Assembly: GCA_031835245.2 (NCBI GenBank)
Contig: JAVKOQ020000096.1
Location: 1-64,000, forward strand
Reading direction: 5' to 3'
Source: Balamuthia mandrillaris
Lineage: Eukaryota
Length of the DNA stretch: 64,000 nucleotides
The position numbers and the translations under genes are program-made. Positions 37,347-47,414 of the stretch are shown piece by piece; position 1 is the first letter of the stretch, and each line of letters begins with the position of its first letter. Under the pieces are notes generated by a model. It was given only the letters and a program-made list of their open reading frames with translations, had not been told where the DNA came from and did not search any database.

Positions 37347-37877
37347 TTACCAAGATTCAAAGGCTCTGGGTCCTTTGGTAGCCACTTGGCCGCGGCCGTC
37401 CTTGGTGATGATCTCACCGTCCTGGTTGAGGATGACGAGGGTTGGGATGCCCGAAATGCCGTACTTTTGCTTGAGCTTGGCCACGTGCTCGTCGCCGTAG
37501 GGAACAGCGAGCCAAGGCATGTTGGCCTCCGTCATGTAGCCAAACATGTCTTGCTCGCTGCGGTCGCTGCTCACGAAGACGATCTCAAAGTCTTTTCCTT
37601 GGCTCTTGAGCTCCTCGTAGAACTCCACGAGAGTGGGGGTGAAGCCACGGCAAGGAGGACTAAAAGGTTTTTTCGTTGGTGAAGGAAGAGAGAAAAAGTG
37701 AGAAGAAGGAAGAAAGAGAGTGAAAGAAAGCTTGCCAGGACAGGGAGAACGAAAGGCGTACCACCAGTGGGCAGAGAAGTAGACTCCCACTTTCTTGCCA
37801 TGGAGGGTGTCTCTGGTTACTTTTTCTTTCTTGGCGTTCACCAGCTCAGCGGGAAACAGCTCGTCAAAGCTAGACAT
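37347..37877 (-). CDS. Nucleoredoxin/tryparedoxin-like thioredoxin, 2 exons
   Basis: Spliced YFSAHWC|PPCRGFTP, FEIVFVSSD, MPWLAVPY and GIPTLV. Confidence 0.93.
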   Translation of the reverse strand: MSSFDELFPAELVNAKKEKVTRDTLHGKKVGVYFSAHWWYAFRSPCPGKLSFTLFLPSSHFFSLPSPTKKPFSPPCRGFTPTLVEFYEELKSQGKDFEIVFVSSDRSEQDMFGYMTEANMPWLAVPYGDEHVAKLKQKYGISGIPTLVILNQDGEIITKDGRGQVATKGPRAFESW

Positions 37878-38264
37878 GTTTGGGCGTTTATGTTTGTGGT
37901 TTAATTGTGTGTGTGAGTGTATGTTGGGGATGGGGGTGCAGCGCAGGTTATAAAGGGCTTTTGTTTTTTTCGCTGCCTTTGTGGTATTTTTGTGAGTTAG
38001 GTGAAGTGGTGGTGCAGGTAGGCGGCCGCAAGGAAACAGCTGAAATTCTTTCCAGAAAAGTGGTAGGAAAACGGCGTGTTTTCACCGGAAAAATTGCCTA
38101 AAATGCCTCTGCAGATGAGTTCGGCGGTTCGACGCTCATCCCTCACCCTCACATTTGTGATTGTTCTTGAGGGGGGCACAAGCTCTCCTCTTCCCTCGAA
38201 GAATACGCCGCAAGATCAAGCGACACGCATGCAGGACCAAACAACACATGTGTTGCACATTTGT

Positions 38265-38378
38265 GTCGGCTCCTACTGCAGTGACAAGCTCTGCTCAAGG
38301 TCGGTAGGATAGAACCATACAGCTTGAAAGTGAGTGATGTCGGATAGGGTCATACTGCAAGAAGGTTTACTTACGGTC
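38265..38378 (+). repeat. Tandem degenerate copies of the 5S 5' end, upstream of 5S copy 1
   Basis: GTCGG at 38265, 38300, 38339 and 38376. Units GGATAGAACCATACAGC (38307) and GGATAGGGTCATACTGC (38342) resemble the 5S start GGATACGGCCATACTGC. Confidence 0.7.
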
Positions 38379-38464
38379 GGATACGGCCACACTGCGGAGA
38401 AAGCACCGCTTCCCGTCCGATCAGCGAAGTTAAGCTCCGCCAGGCGATGTCAGTACTGGGGTGG
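38379..38464 (+). pseudogene. 3'-truncated 5S rRNA (nt 1-86)
   Basis: Near-identical to the intact copies up to ...GTACTGGGGTGG, then unrelated sequence. Confidence 0.92.
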
Positions 38465-39354
38465 TTTCCTCTCCGACTGCTAAGGCACGTTCTTGCAGCG
38501 TGGTAGCGTCCAATTAGACCTCCATTCGTGCTGTTTGGCTACATCTAAAGGCATTGAAGGTTCTGTCCGCCTACAAGTACCATCCACAGGACAGGATCAC
38601 TGACCAGCTCAAAGACATTGAGCTAATCGGAGGGGTCAATCAGTATTCCCCATTTCCGCCATTCTACCCAGAAGCTTAGCATCAGCAAGTGGCCGACGAC
38701 CCTGTTATTTATTCTTTGTCGTTTGATGGGCTGAAAGGTGGACCGTTGCAACAAACTCTGCAGGAGTGCTATGCAGAGCCGATCCGAGGTATGAGGCTGG
38801 TTCAGCTGGCAAGCCAGCGAACCAGAAGAACCTCACCCCTTCCCCTAAGGAGAAAAATAAGTTTAATCATAAGAGACAGTCTTGGAGGACTGTCATCCAG
38901 GGATTAAGCTAGATAGAACAGATACTACACTTGATCGGAGCTGATGTCCGAGAAGACGGTTTCTGGCTTTGCTGCGTCAAGCTCTCTTGTTCCTGCACCC
39001 CTTTGGGTTTTCAGTTATGGGCGAGGAAAGGGTCTGGAATTTGGTTGGTGTGATGTCATTCTGCCAATCATGCCGGGGGTAATGTTGTTGACCTGAAGAT
39101 TGGCGCGGAAGAGTGGAAGGTACTGCATAAACAGAAAGGAGAGAGAGACAGACAGAGAGAGAGAGAGAGAAAGAGAGAGAGTGAGTGAGTGAGTGAGTAA
39201 GTAAGTGAGACATGTTTAATGGTTCACCGAAGAAGATGATAAGACATGCACAAATGAGAGAGAGAGAGAGAGATGAGCACTTAAAACACGTGAAGGAGAA
39301 CACGTTCTAACTTAAGCGTTACAGACGATACATAGAGGAAATGTGGAAAATATC

Positions 39355-39473
39355 GGATACGGCCATACTGCGGAGAAAGCACCGCTTCCCGTCCGATCAG
39401 CGAAGTTAAGCTCCGCCAGGCGATGTTAGTACTGGGGTGGGTGACCACCCGGGAATCCATCGTGCTGTATCCT
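39355..39473 (+). rRNA. 5S rRNA (119 nt)
   Basis: GGATACGGCCATAC...CCGATC...GAAGTTAAGC...TAGTACT...GGGAATCC...GTATCCT. The 5' and 3' ends pair. Confidence 0.97.
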
Positions 39474-39475
39474 CC

Positions 39476-39479
39476 TTTT
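39476..39479 (+). terminator. Pol III oligo-T terminator
   Basis: TTTT begins 3 nt after the 5S 3' end. Confidence 0.7.
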
Positions 39480-39539
39480 GTTCGTTACCTCTTCGGTTAG
39501 AAGTACCGCGTCGACAAAATTTGAGTAGCACAAAACAAG

Positions 39540-40064
39540 ATGCAAGAAAAGCAGGATGCACAGCGGCTCCTCGCCACCGCCGAGTTTCGAAGATTGCCGC
39601 CGATGGAGAGAGCGAGAAAGCTTATCGAGGACACGTCGATGAGCGTAAGAAAAGCCGCAGAGCTCACTGGCGTCACTAAAAGTAGCCTCCACCGAGCGAT
39701 CAAAGCTCATGAAGCAGGTCGGGAACTAGGGCGAGTTGGAAGGCCAAGAATACTCTCAGCACAAGAGGAAGAAGAGTTAAAGAAGTGGATAGTTGAGCGA
39801 GAAGAACAGAAGGCCAACACGACCTTTGAGCAGTTCAAAACGAAGGTACTGATATTTTCATGTTTTTGGTTTCAACAAGTGAAAAACAGATGCATATTCT
39901 AATCTTGATGAAACTTTTTTTGTTAGGTTGAAGAACTTTGGAGGAATACACCAAACAGAAACCTGGCCAAAGGCGCCCCGGTGATCACCCGTGGCTACAT
40001 GTTATTCTTTTGCGAGAGACACCATGTGAAGATAACAAAGCACCACGGTGTGTTGAACCAGTAA
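39540..40064 (+). CDS. Psq-type HTH plus CENP-B-type HTH protein (pogo/Tc5 transposase DNA-binding region only), 147 aa, 2 exons
   Basis: MSVRKAAELTGVTKSSLHR, GRPRILSAQEEEELKKWI, and ITRGYMLFFCERH. Phase-0 intron 39846-39926 (GTACTG...TTAG); TAA at 40062-40064. Confidence 0.8.
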
Positions 40065-40085
40065 GCAAGAGACAGAAGGAAGGGC

Positions 40086-40090
40086 AAAAA
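40086..40090 (-). terminator. Pol III oligo-T terminator
   Basis: T5 on the minus strand just past the 5S 3' end. Confidence 0.7.
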
Positions 40091-40095
40091 TAAGG

Positions 40096-40214
40096 AGGAT
40101 ACAGCACGATGGATTCCCGGGTGGTCACCCACCCCAGTACTGACATCGCCTGGCGGAGCTTAACTTCGCTGATCGGACGGGAAGCGGTGCTTTCTCCGCA
40201 GTATGGCCGTATCC
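40096..40214 (-). rRNA. 5S rRNA (119 nt)
   Basis: Reverse complement of 39355-39473, with one T/C difference noticed (GATGTTAG vs GATGTCAG). Confidence 0.97.
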
Positions 40215-40365
40215 GACTCCATACACACTTTCATGCTGTATGGCTCCATCCGAGTTCTAAACAACTAACTCTCTTGCAGCGTGACCCTTACGGAACTCTT
40301 CATTGCAGTATTGTTGTCTCCGACCACAAACTCACTCACTCACGTGCCGTATGGCACTATACGCC
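40215..40365 (-). repeat. Tandem degenerate copies of the 5S 5' end, upstream of 5S copy 3
   Basis: Minus-strand units CTCGGATGGAGCCATACAGC, CCGTAAGGGTCACGCTGC, GTCGGAGACAACAATACTGC and GGCGTATAGTGCCATACGGC. Confidence 0.7.
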
Positions 40366-40470
40366 TTCAAACTATCTGCCACTCTGCTTTGTAGCCTAAT
40401 AAAACATCGCCTTTCTCGTTCTGACCCAAATGTGGAGCATGGCGGTATCCTATTGCTTCTTGTTCTATGC

Positions 40471-40507
<37 letters not shown>

Positions 40508-40576
40508 TGTTTTTCGTAACGAAGTGTATATTCTTTGCATAGAAAGACAAACAAACCCAAAGCGAAAACCAGCAAC

Positions 40577-41226
40577 TCAAGAGATAAGTTTCGTCACTAT
40601 CATGCTCTCCGAGTGCAATGTCTGTCGCAGTTCAAAAACCAATTCAGTTGGTGTTTCGTAACAAAAAAGAGAGAAAATAATAATAAAAAAAACCAACCAC
40701 AAACCTTATGAATGGGGCAAAGGTCAGCTATTCTCATGAGGTCCTGACGCTGTGCCTCCGTGAGGTCCTTCCCGTTCAAGACGATCTCCCTGTCGATCCT
40801 GTCCAACTTGCCTGTCTTTGTCTTCTCGCAGGTATCACAGTCCTTGGCGTAGATCTTCTTGTGACTGAGTTTGATGGAAACCTTTTCCAGAGGATAGCCT
40901 TTCTTCTGGGCATAAAGGCGAAGGGTCATGTTGGTGCAAGTGCCCAGGCTGGCCAGAAGCATGTCGTAGGGGCTGGGGCCTTTGTCGGAGCCCACAAGAG
41001 CGCCTTCACCAAAGCCTATGGGCTCATCGGTGAGAAAGCTGTGCTTATCTCCTACGGTCACCTTGTTGACAAAGCTCTTTCCTGTGTCTTCCTCCACAAA
41101 CACGTCTGCACGGGCAGTGAGGGAATGAGAAAAGAGCCGGGACGAGGTTGGGTGGAATAGGAGGGCGTTGGTTGCAGGAGCAGCGGAAGCTCGACGAGCA
41201 ATGGAGAAGAGAGCGGGGCGTAGCAT
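40577..41226 (-). CDS. OsmC/Ohr-family (YhfA-like) protein with a probable mitochondrial presequence
   Basis: DEP...GSDKGPSPYDMLLASLGTC and IADLCPIHK|TL; Arg/Ser/Ala-rich N-terminus. Confidence 0.9.
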
Positions 41227-41524
41227 TGTTGTTCGTTAACGTGAGTCTTGCCTTTTTGTTTTTGTTGCAAAGATGTTTCTTTGGGATCGCCCTTCCTGTT
41301 GGTTGCTAAGGGAAATGCCGACGAAAATAGGTACAATTACAGTCGACTTATCGCTGAAATTTTGAGGAAACTTCGAATTTGGTTACTTGAAATTTCAATT
41401 ATTCGCCACAAAAAAAAAAACAAAAAAAGAGGTTTTCTTCACTTTCTTCAGCCGAGTTGAAGGTTGGATTCTTTTACAGAAGGAATTACAAGAGAGCGAG
41501 CAAACAGCCGGTTGTGAAGGTTTG

Positions 41525-42612
41525 TTAGGCTTTGGGGATGGAGGAGATGTCTTTTTCGATCCAAATGTCGACTCCCTGCTGCTCGCCGATTTGGCGGATG
41601 CCTTCCTCCAGCTTCTGTGTAGACACACTCTTTGGCACATCTATCAAAGCATCCAACTTGAACAATGGCTCTCCTGAGAACGCTGCTCCCACTTTTTTTT
41701 TTGGGTAAGTTGGTGGTTGTTTCAGGAGCAAGAGGAGAAGAAAGAGTACCAGTGTAGATCTGTAAGGAATCAATGTTGATGTTGTTTTTGCCAAAGAAGT
41801 CAGCGACGGCGTGAGAGATGCCTGGATGGTCTGCGCCGGTGAGCAAGAGCCTGCGCTGCAAGCCGAGGGACTTGCGCACTTTCTCGCTGCTTTTACGAAT
41901 GGTTATGTCCCAGTTGGTGTATTCTATGGGCAAAAGACGTGTAAGAAGAAGAACGAGAGTTAGAAGAAGAAGAACAAGAGGAACAAGAAGAAAAGGAAGG
42001 AGAAGAGGAAGGAGAAAGAACAGCAGCAACAACACCAATAAGCAAGAAACGACAGAAGAAAGAAGAACGACAGGAAAGAAAGCAACAAACGACAAAAATG
42101 AACGAACCAGGAATACTGGTTTTGGCTTCCCTGCGGAAACTCTCTTCCAACTCTTCAGGCAGGGAGAACATCATGTGGATGCAGTAGTCGTTGCCAAGGC
42201 GGGTGGTCTTGCCTGCCTCTATGTTGCCATGGTGCTGGGCGATGCAGGCCGTCACGGCAGCCGTCACGCCTGGCTTGTCTGGACCAGCGCAGGTGATCAC
42301 CAAGTTGACTGCACCAAGTCAAGAGAACTAAGGTTAGAAAAATCTCTTTCAAAAAAAAAAATAAGATCTGGAAGGTGCTGTGGTACCTCTTTTTTCAGGA
42401 TTCTTCACTTCGATCTCAGTAGAATACAAACGGCTTCGAGAGAGCAAACCCCTTTGCGAGCTGCTGGTGCTAGCAGCCACTACGCTTCTCCTGCAGCTGT
42501 CGATCCCTCTCCAGTTTGACAAGGAGGAGGCACCTCCCAGGCTGCGTTTGCCACAGAACAACAAAGGGAGCGTGGCCAGCGTACCACCTCTACGAGCGCA
42601 AGCAGCAGACAT
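41525..42612 (-). CDS. Double-ACT-domain GcvR-like protein with a probable mitochondrial presequence
   Basis: VITCAGPDKPGV...GNIE...RLG and LTGADHPGI...NINI...FSGEPLF. Confidence 0.8.
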
Positions 42613-42963
42613 TTGGGTGTGGAGTTTGGGTTTGGCGTGCGTGTTACGCAGTATGTGTGTGTGTTTGTAACCAAACGACCGACTGACTCTACGGTGTTAT
42701 TTTCTACGGCCTTTTTGGACACTTTTTGTTCTTGTTTTTGGGTTACCTTATTTTTTTTGGTTGAGGTATCCTGACAACAAATGCACCCGAAATTCAGGTC
42801 AACAGGTGACTTTATTTTTTGTGGACAAATGTTGCGCAGCACAAAACGACCAATTGTCGTTCAATTTTTACGAAGCAATTTTGCAGCAAAAGAGGTCAAA
42901 ATGACTTGCAATCGTGGACGTTTGATGTTTGCAACTTTGTTTTCTGAGTGGAAAGAAAAAAAA

Positions 42964-43810
42964 ATGATGGAAGAAGAGACGGAGCAGCGGATGGAGCTAG
43001 AAGGCGGTGCCGATGGGAGAGAAGAGGGAGAGGCATGTTCAAGTGAAGTGCACGGCGACACCGAAAAAGAAAAGCAGGAGTGGGCTCGTCAGATGCGGCT
43101 CCTCTTCACCCCGAAGGACATGATCACGGAAGACGGTTACCTCAAAGAAGAGTTTCGTTCTTTCTTCCATTCTTTTTTTAAAAAAATTCCTTCTTGCTTA
43201 CTTTTCATTTATTCAACACTCTCCTTCACTCTTCTTCGCTCTTCTTCAAATATTTCAGCTATTTTAAACCAAAGAAAACAAAGATCGTGCTGAAGAGATG
43301 GACGGCCAAAGAGCGGCGGCTCCTCCTGGAGGGCGTTGAGAAATATGGCATTGGCGAGTGGGCAAAGATCAAGGAAGAGTCCTTACCTGAATGGGTTTCG
43401 TTTTTTTCTTTTCTTTTTTTCTTTTTCATTTTTCTTTTATTTTTTAACTTTTTTCTTTTTTTTCTTATTTTATTTGTTAACTTTTATTTTTGTATTTTTT
43501 TAAAACATTTTTAATATAACAAAAGTCTGTTTTGGAACTACGAGTGAAAATGTCACGCCTGATAGGGCGCCAAAGCCTGGTGCAGTACAAAGGATGGAAG
43601 GGCACGGAGGAGGACGTCCGCGCCGAGCACGAGAAGAACAAGGCCTTGGGCTTGGAGCTCGGTTGCTGGAAAGGAGGAGTGCTGGTGAACGATGATGGGG
43701 GTCAGGTTCTTCGCGCTTTGGACGGCGGAGAACAAAAGGAAGAGGGAGAGGGAGAGGGAGCGGAAGGCGAAGCAAATGAGCGGAAAGCAGAAGAGGAAGA
43801 AGATAAGTGA
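42964..43810 (+). CDS. Small Myb/SANT-domain protein, 3 exons
   Basis: RWTAKERRLLLEGVEKYGIGEWAKI. Confidence 0.8.
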
Positions 43811-43993
43811 GATAATATTTACAGAAGAAAAACTGTAAAACAGTAAGTGGCTTTCTGTCTGTTTTTCAAAGCTGCAATTAGTAAGATATTGATAAAGCAA
43901 CATGGAGAGAGAAGAAGAAGAAGAAGAAGAAGAAGAAGAAGAAGAAGAAGAAGAAGAAGAAGAAAGGAACCTTTGTGTTATCACTTGGCCACA

Positions 43994-46139
43994 TCAATAT
44001 TCTTCAGGAAGAGAAGGAGGAGAAGGAGAATGCTTCCGACGATCGTCCTTTTTTCTTTCTTTCGTTGGCTTCGTAGTTGAAGAAGACGAGGAGGAACGAG
44101 GTATTCGCTGAACCACACGGATGCCCAATGCTTTGTCCCTCTTCTTCAACTCCTCGCGTTGCAGCTTTCTCGCCAATCGTAGATCTTCATCCTCCAATTC
44201 TTCCTTTGCTGTCTTTTCATTCTCGTCGCCACCATTACCTTTCTTTTCTTTCTTTTTCTCTTTTTTCTTTCTCCTTTTCTGCTTCTCTGCATCGTCCTCG
44301 TAACAATAAGACTCTTGTCGAAGTTGTTCTTCTATTCTGCTTTGTCGCGTGGCCTCCACGCGATGCAGTCTCCTGGCCAACTCTCTGTCTTTGAGCTCTT
44401 GTTCACGTTGTCTTCGTCGACTTTCTCTGGCTAGTAACTTGGCTAGCTCTTCGTCCTGTTTTTCTCTGTCCGATTCTATCTTTCTTTCTACTTCTAGTTG
44501 TTCAGCAACTAACTCATCATACTTTTGTTGTTCTTAAAGGAGAAAAAGAAGAAAAAGAAATAAGAAGAAAGAAAGGGGAGATCGAAAGAGCGTGAGGAAA
44601 GGCAAAATAAGAAATGAAACCTTTGGTCTCTCGCTTCCAAAGCTCAAGTTGAAGGTTACGATAGGATGGTTTGTTGGAAGAAGGCAATTTAGGTTCAGTT
44701 CCAAATAGTGTATCTACAAGCGACAATACGATTTCTATGATTTGAAAAAAAAAATATGTAATCTGTTTTATGCAGCAGACAGGCAGAGAGAAGAGAGAAG
44801 AGAGAAGAGAGAAGAGAGAAGAGAGAAGAGAGAAGAGAGAAGAGAGAAGAGAGAAGAGAGAAGAGAGAAGAGAGAAGAGAGAAGAGAGAAGAGAGAAGAG
44901 AGAAGAGAGAAGAGAGAAGAGAGAAGAGAGAAGAGAGAAGAGAGAGAGAGAGAGAGAGAAACCTTGACAAACAGCCATCGCTTCCATTTCTCGTTTTGAA
45001 TAGACGAGGTCATAGTGGTTACCATGTGCATACCACAACGCTATGGAGGAGTTAAAGCCGTTGTCCATGACTGTTGGCCGTCCCGATGAATTGTAAATTA
45101 TAAAGTTTACACTTTGTTTTTGGCATTAGAAAAGAGAAGAGAGAAGAGAAAAGAGGAAAAGGAATACCAGAATAGTTTAGACATAGATTGGAGCTCATTG
45201 TGCCCACCCCAAGTTGTTGGCTTTACGTTCATCATTGAGTCAATGAAGGGAGGATGAGGCGGAGAAGAAACGAAAATATATCAAAAGGAGAGGTTTAAGT
45301 ACGAGAAGCATTCGCTCGGTGTAACTATCAAAGGTTTCCTCTCCTTCTCTGTAGGCAAGAAAAGGTTCAAAGTCGGAGCGATAGGCCCGCATGTAGGCCA
45401 CACACAGCCGACGAACTTCCAAGTGGCTGGCTTGTGTCATGAATACCTTCTCTGATACTGCTCTGAACTGCATGGCTTCTATTTGTTAGTAAGAAAGAAG
45501 AAAGGAAACGACAAGAAAGAAAGAAAGAAAGAAAGAGAGAAAGAACGAAAGAAAGAAGATAGAAGGAAAGCGCACCAAACAAGAGCCATCTTTAGGAATG
45601 CGCACCCTGACCAGGCCCATCTCGCTCAACAAATTCCTCACACCGGTGGTTCTCTTTCTTGGCAGCATCGCACCATTTCCATTTCCTAAACTCTTTTTCT
45701 TCCTCTTTTCGTCCTCCTTCTCCTCTGTTGTCCTTCTTCCTTCCTTTTGCTCTGCTCTTCCTTCCCCTTCTCTGTCCCCTAACCAACGCGGATCAAAGGT
45801 GCCGTCACCCTCTTCTGCTTGCGGTGGCACCAACCCTGGCTGCTGCTGAGCGGCAGGCGGTTCGCTGACCAAAAGAACTCCGCCGTCCAGCTCCAACACG
45901 TCCTCAGAGGCAAAAGGACAAGGCCGGCTGTTCTTCTCAGCATCTTCCAGAGAGAGACGAAGCGCCAGCTGCAGCTGTTCTGCTTCCGTCAAACCCTCTG
46001 CCCCATTCTCTGCGTTAGCATCCTTCTTGTTGTTGGTGCCTTTCCTTTTGCCTTCACCCTTGCTTTTCTTTGGGAGGTCCACCCCATTGCTCTTTTTTTC
46101 TTTCTTCTCCTTCTTTTCCCCTTTGTTTCGTCGCCACAT
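43994..46139 (-). CDS. OTU-family deubiquitinase with UIM-like motifs
   Basis: Spliced PKDGSCL|FRAV, WGGHNEL and HGNHYD; UIM-like EAEQLQLALRLSLE. Confidence 0.85.
44786..44960. repeat. (AGAGA)n intronic microsatellite
   Basis: Visible pentamer array. Confidence 0.95.
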
Positions 46140-46484
46140 TTATCCTCTCCCAGTCTTTCTTGTTTGTTTTTTCTTTCTTTTCTTTCTTTCAATTTCGTGT
46201 CGACCCACGACGGTAATTTTCGTCGACTTTAGATGGTGCGATCGTACATTTCAACCACTAGAAAATCAAAATAAATTTTGTAGACATCACATGATCTTAT
46301 TACAAGACGACATGGAATTGAACACAAGTCTGCAAAAAATAATGTTCCGAAAGCAAAGAACAAGTTCTGGAGGGGAGCAACAAGCAAAAGAGATCTTTCG
46401 CCCTAAAAGAATGTTTTAGCTAAGTTGGTTTTGTAACAGCACGTGTGATCACATGTTGTTTGTTTGTTTTGTTCACTGGTCCAT

Positions 46485-46880
46485 TCATTCACGGCCAAGG
46501 ATGGGGCCACGGAGGGGTTCGCACTTGGCTCCCACCTTTGCGATGTTCTCCTCGCTCACTCCCATCTCCCTCAGCGTCTGAGAGAGCAGCTCTATGATGG
46601 CATCAAAGTGAAGGTCGTTGAGGCCCTTCTCCTTGACCAGCCGCTCGTGGACGACCTTCATGCCTTTGCCAGTGTACCTCCTGGGGCCGCCGAGGGCAAA
46701 GATGAGGAAGCCCTTTTGCATGCGGGCCTGCCTCCGCATGTCCACCCCATCGAAGAAGAAGTTGACGCGCTCATCGGCCAAGACCTTTTCGTAAAACTTG
46801 TCCACGGCGGCATCGATGGCGGCCTCTCCTCCCAGTTCGTCATAGAGCGTCCTCTCCGCTTCCGCTTTTGTTTGAGGCAT
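46485..46880 (-). CDS. Group I truncated hemoglobin (trHbN), intronless
   Basis: TLYDELGGEAAIDAAVDKFY...FF...Q..FL..ALGGP..YTG..M..VH...HFDA. Confidence 0.93.
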   Translation of the reverse strand: MPQTKAEAERTLYDELGGEAAIDAAVDKFYEKVLADERVNFFFDGVDMRRQARMQKGFLIFALGGPRRYTGKGMKVVHERLVKEKGLNDLHFDAIIELLSQTLREMGVSEENIAKVGAKCEPLRGPILGRE

Positions 46881-47304
46881 TGTATCGAGTGTCTGTCTGT
46901 CTGTGTGCAAAGTGTAGCAGGGGATGTTTTTGAAGTTTTGCGGAGTGAGTGCGGAACGCTATTTATGTCTTTGTGGAGAATAAGAGTAGACTCCGGAGGA
47001 TGTTGATGATGATTAAACACGACCCGAAGCGGAGGTCCCCGACGACCAGGCGAATAAGAGGGCACTCTCCGCCATCGTTTTGGATAGATTTGACGGGTGG
47101 GGTACCGGTGACTTCGAGGAAATGAGGCAAGGGCGACCTTGTCTGGGGGGGAATTGCCTCTCTAAAGGGAACGACTTTGCCAATCGGGAAGGCGCGTTGG
47201 CCGTGATGATAATTTGTAGTTCGAGTAGTCAACGATTGACAAACATGGGCAACCACTTGACTTCCAGGAAGGAAGGAAAATTTCAAACTCCGGTCCATCT
47301 CTCA

Positions 47305-47335
<31 letters not shown>

Positions 47336-47414
47336 ATCCCTCTCTTACAAAACTGTCTACTCTCCGCTGGGAACCTCCCCGAGAGAGGAGCAACCAAAGT
47401 GTTTCTTTAGTTTT

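Noticed and set aside
38265..40365. CRISPR array interpretation of the 37-nt periodic units
   Set aside because: Eukaryotic context, no cas genes, repeats are degenerate copies of the 5S 5' end, and the linkers are short.
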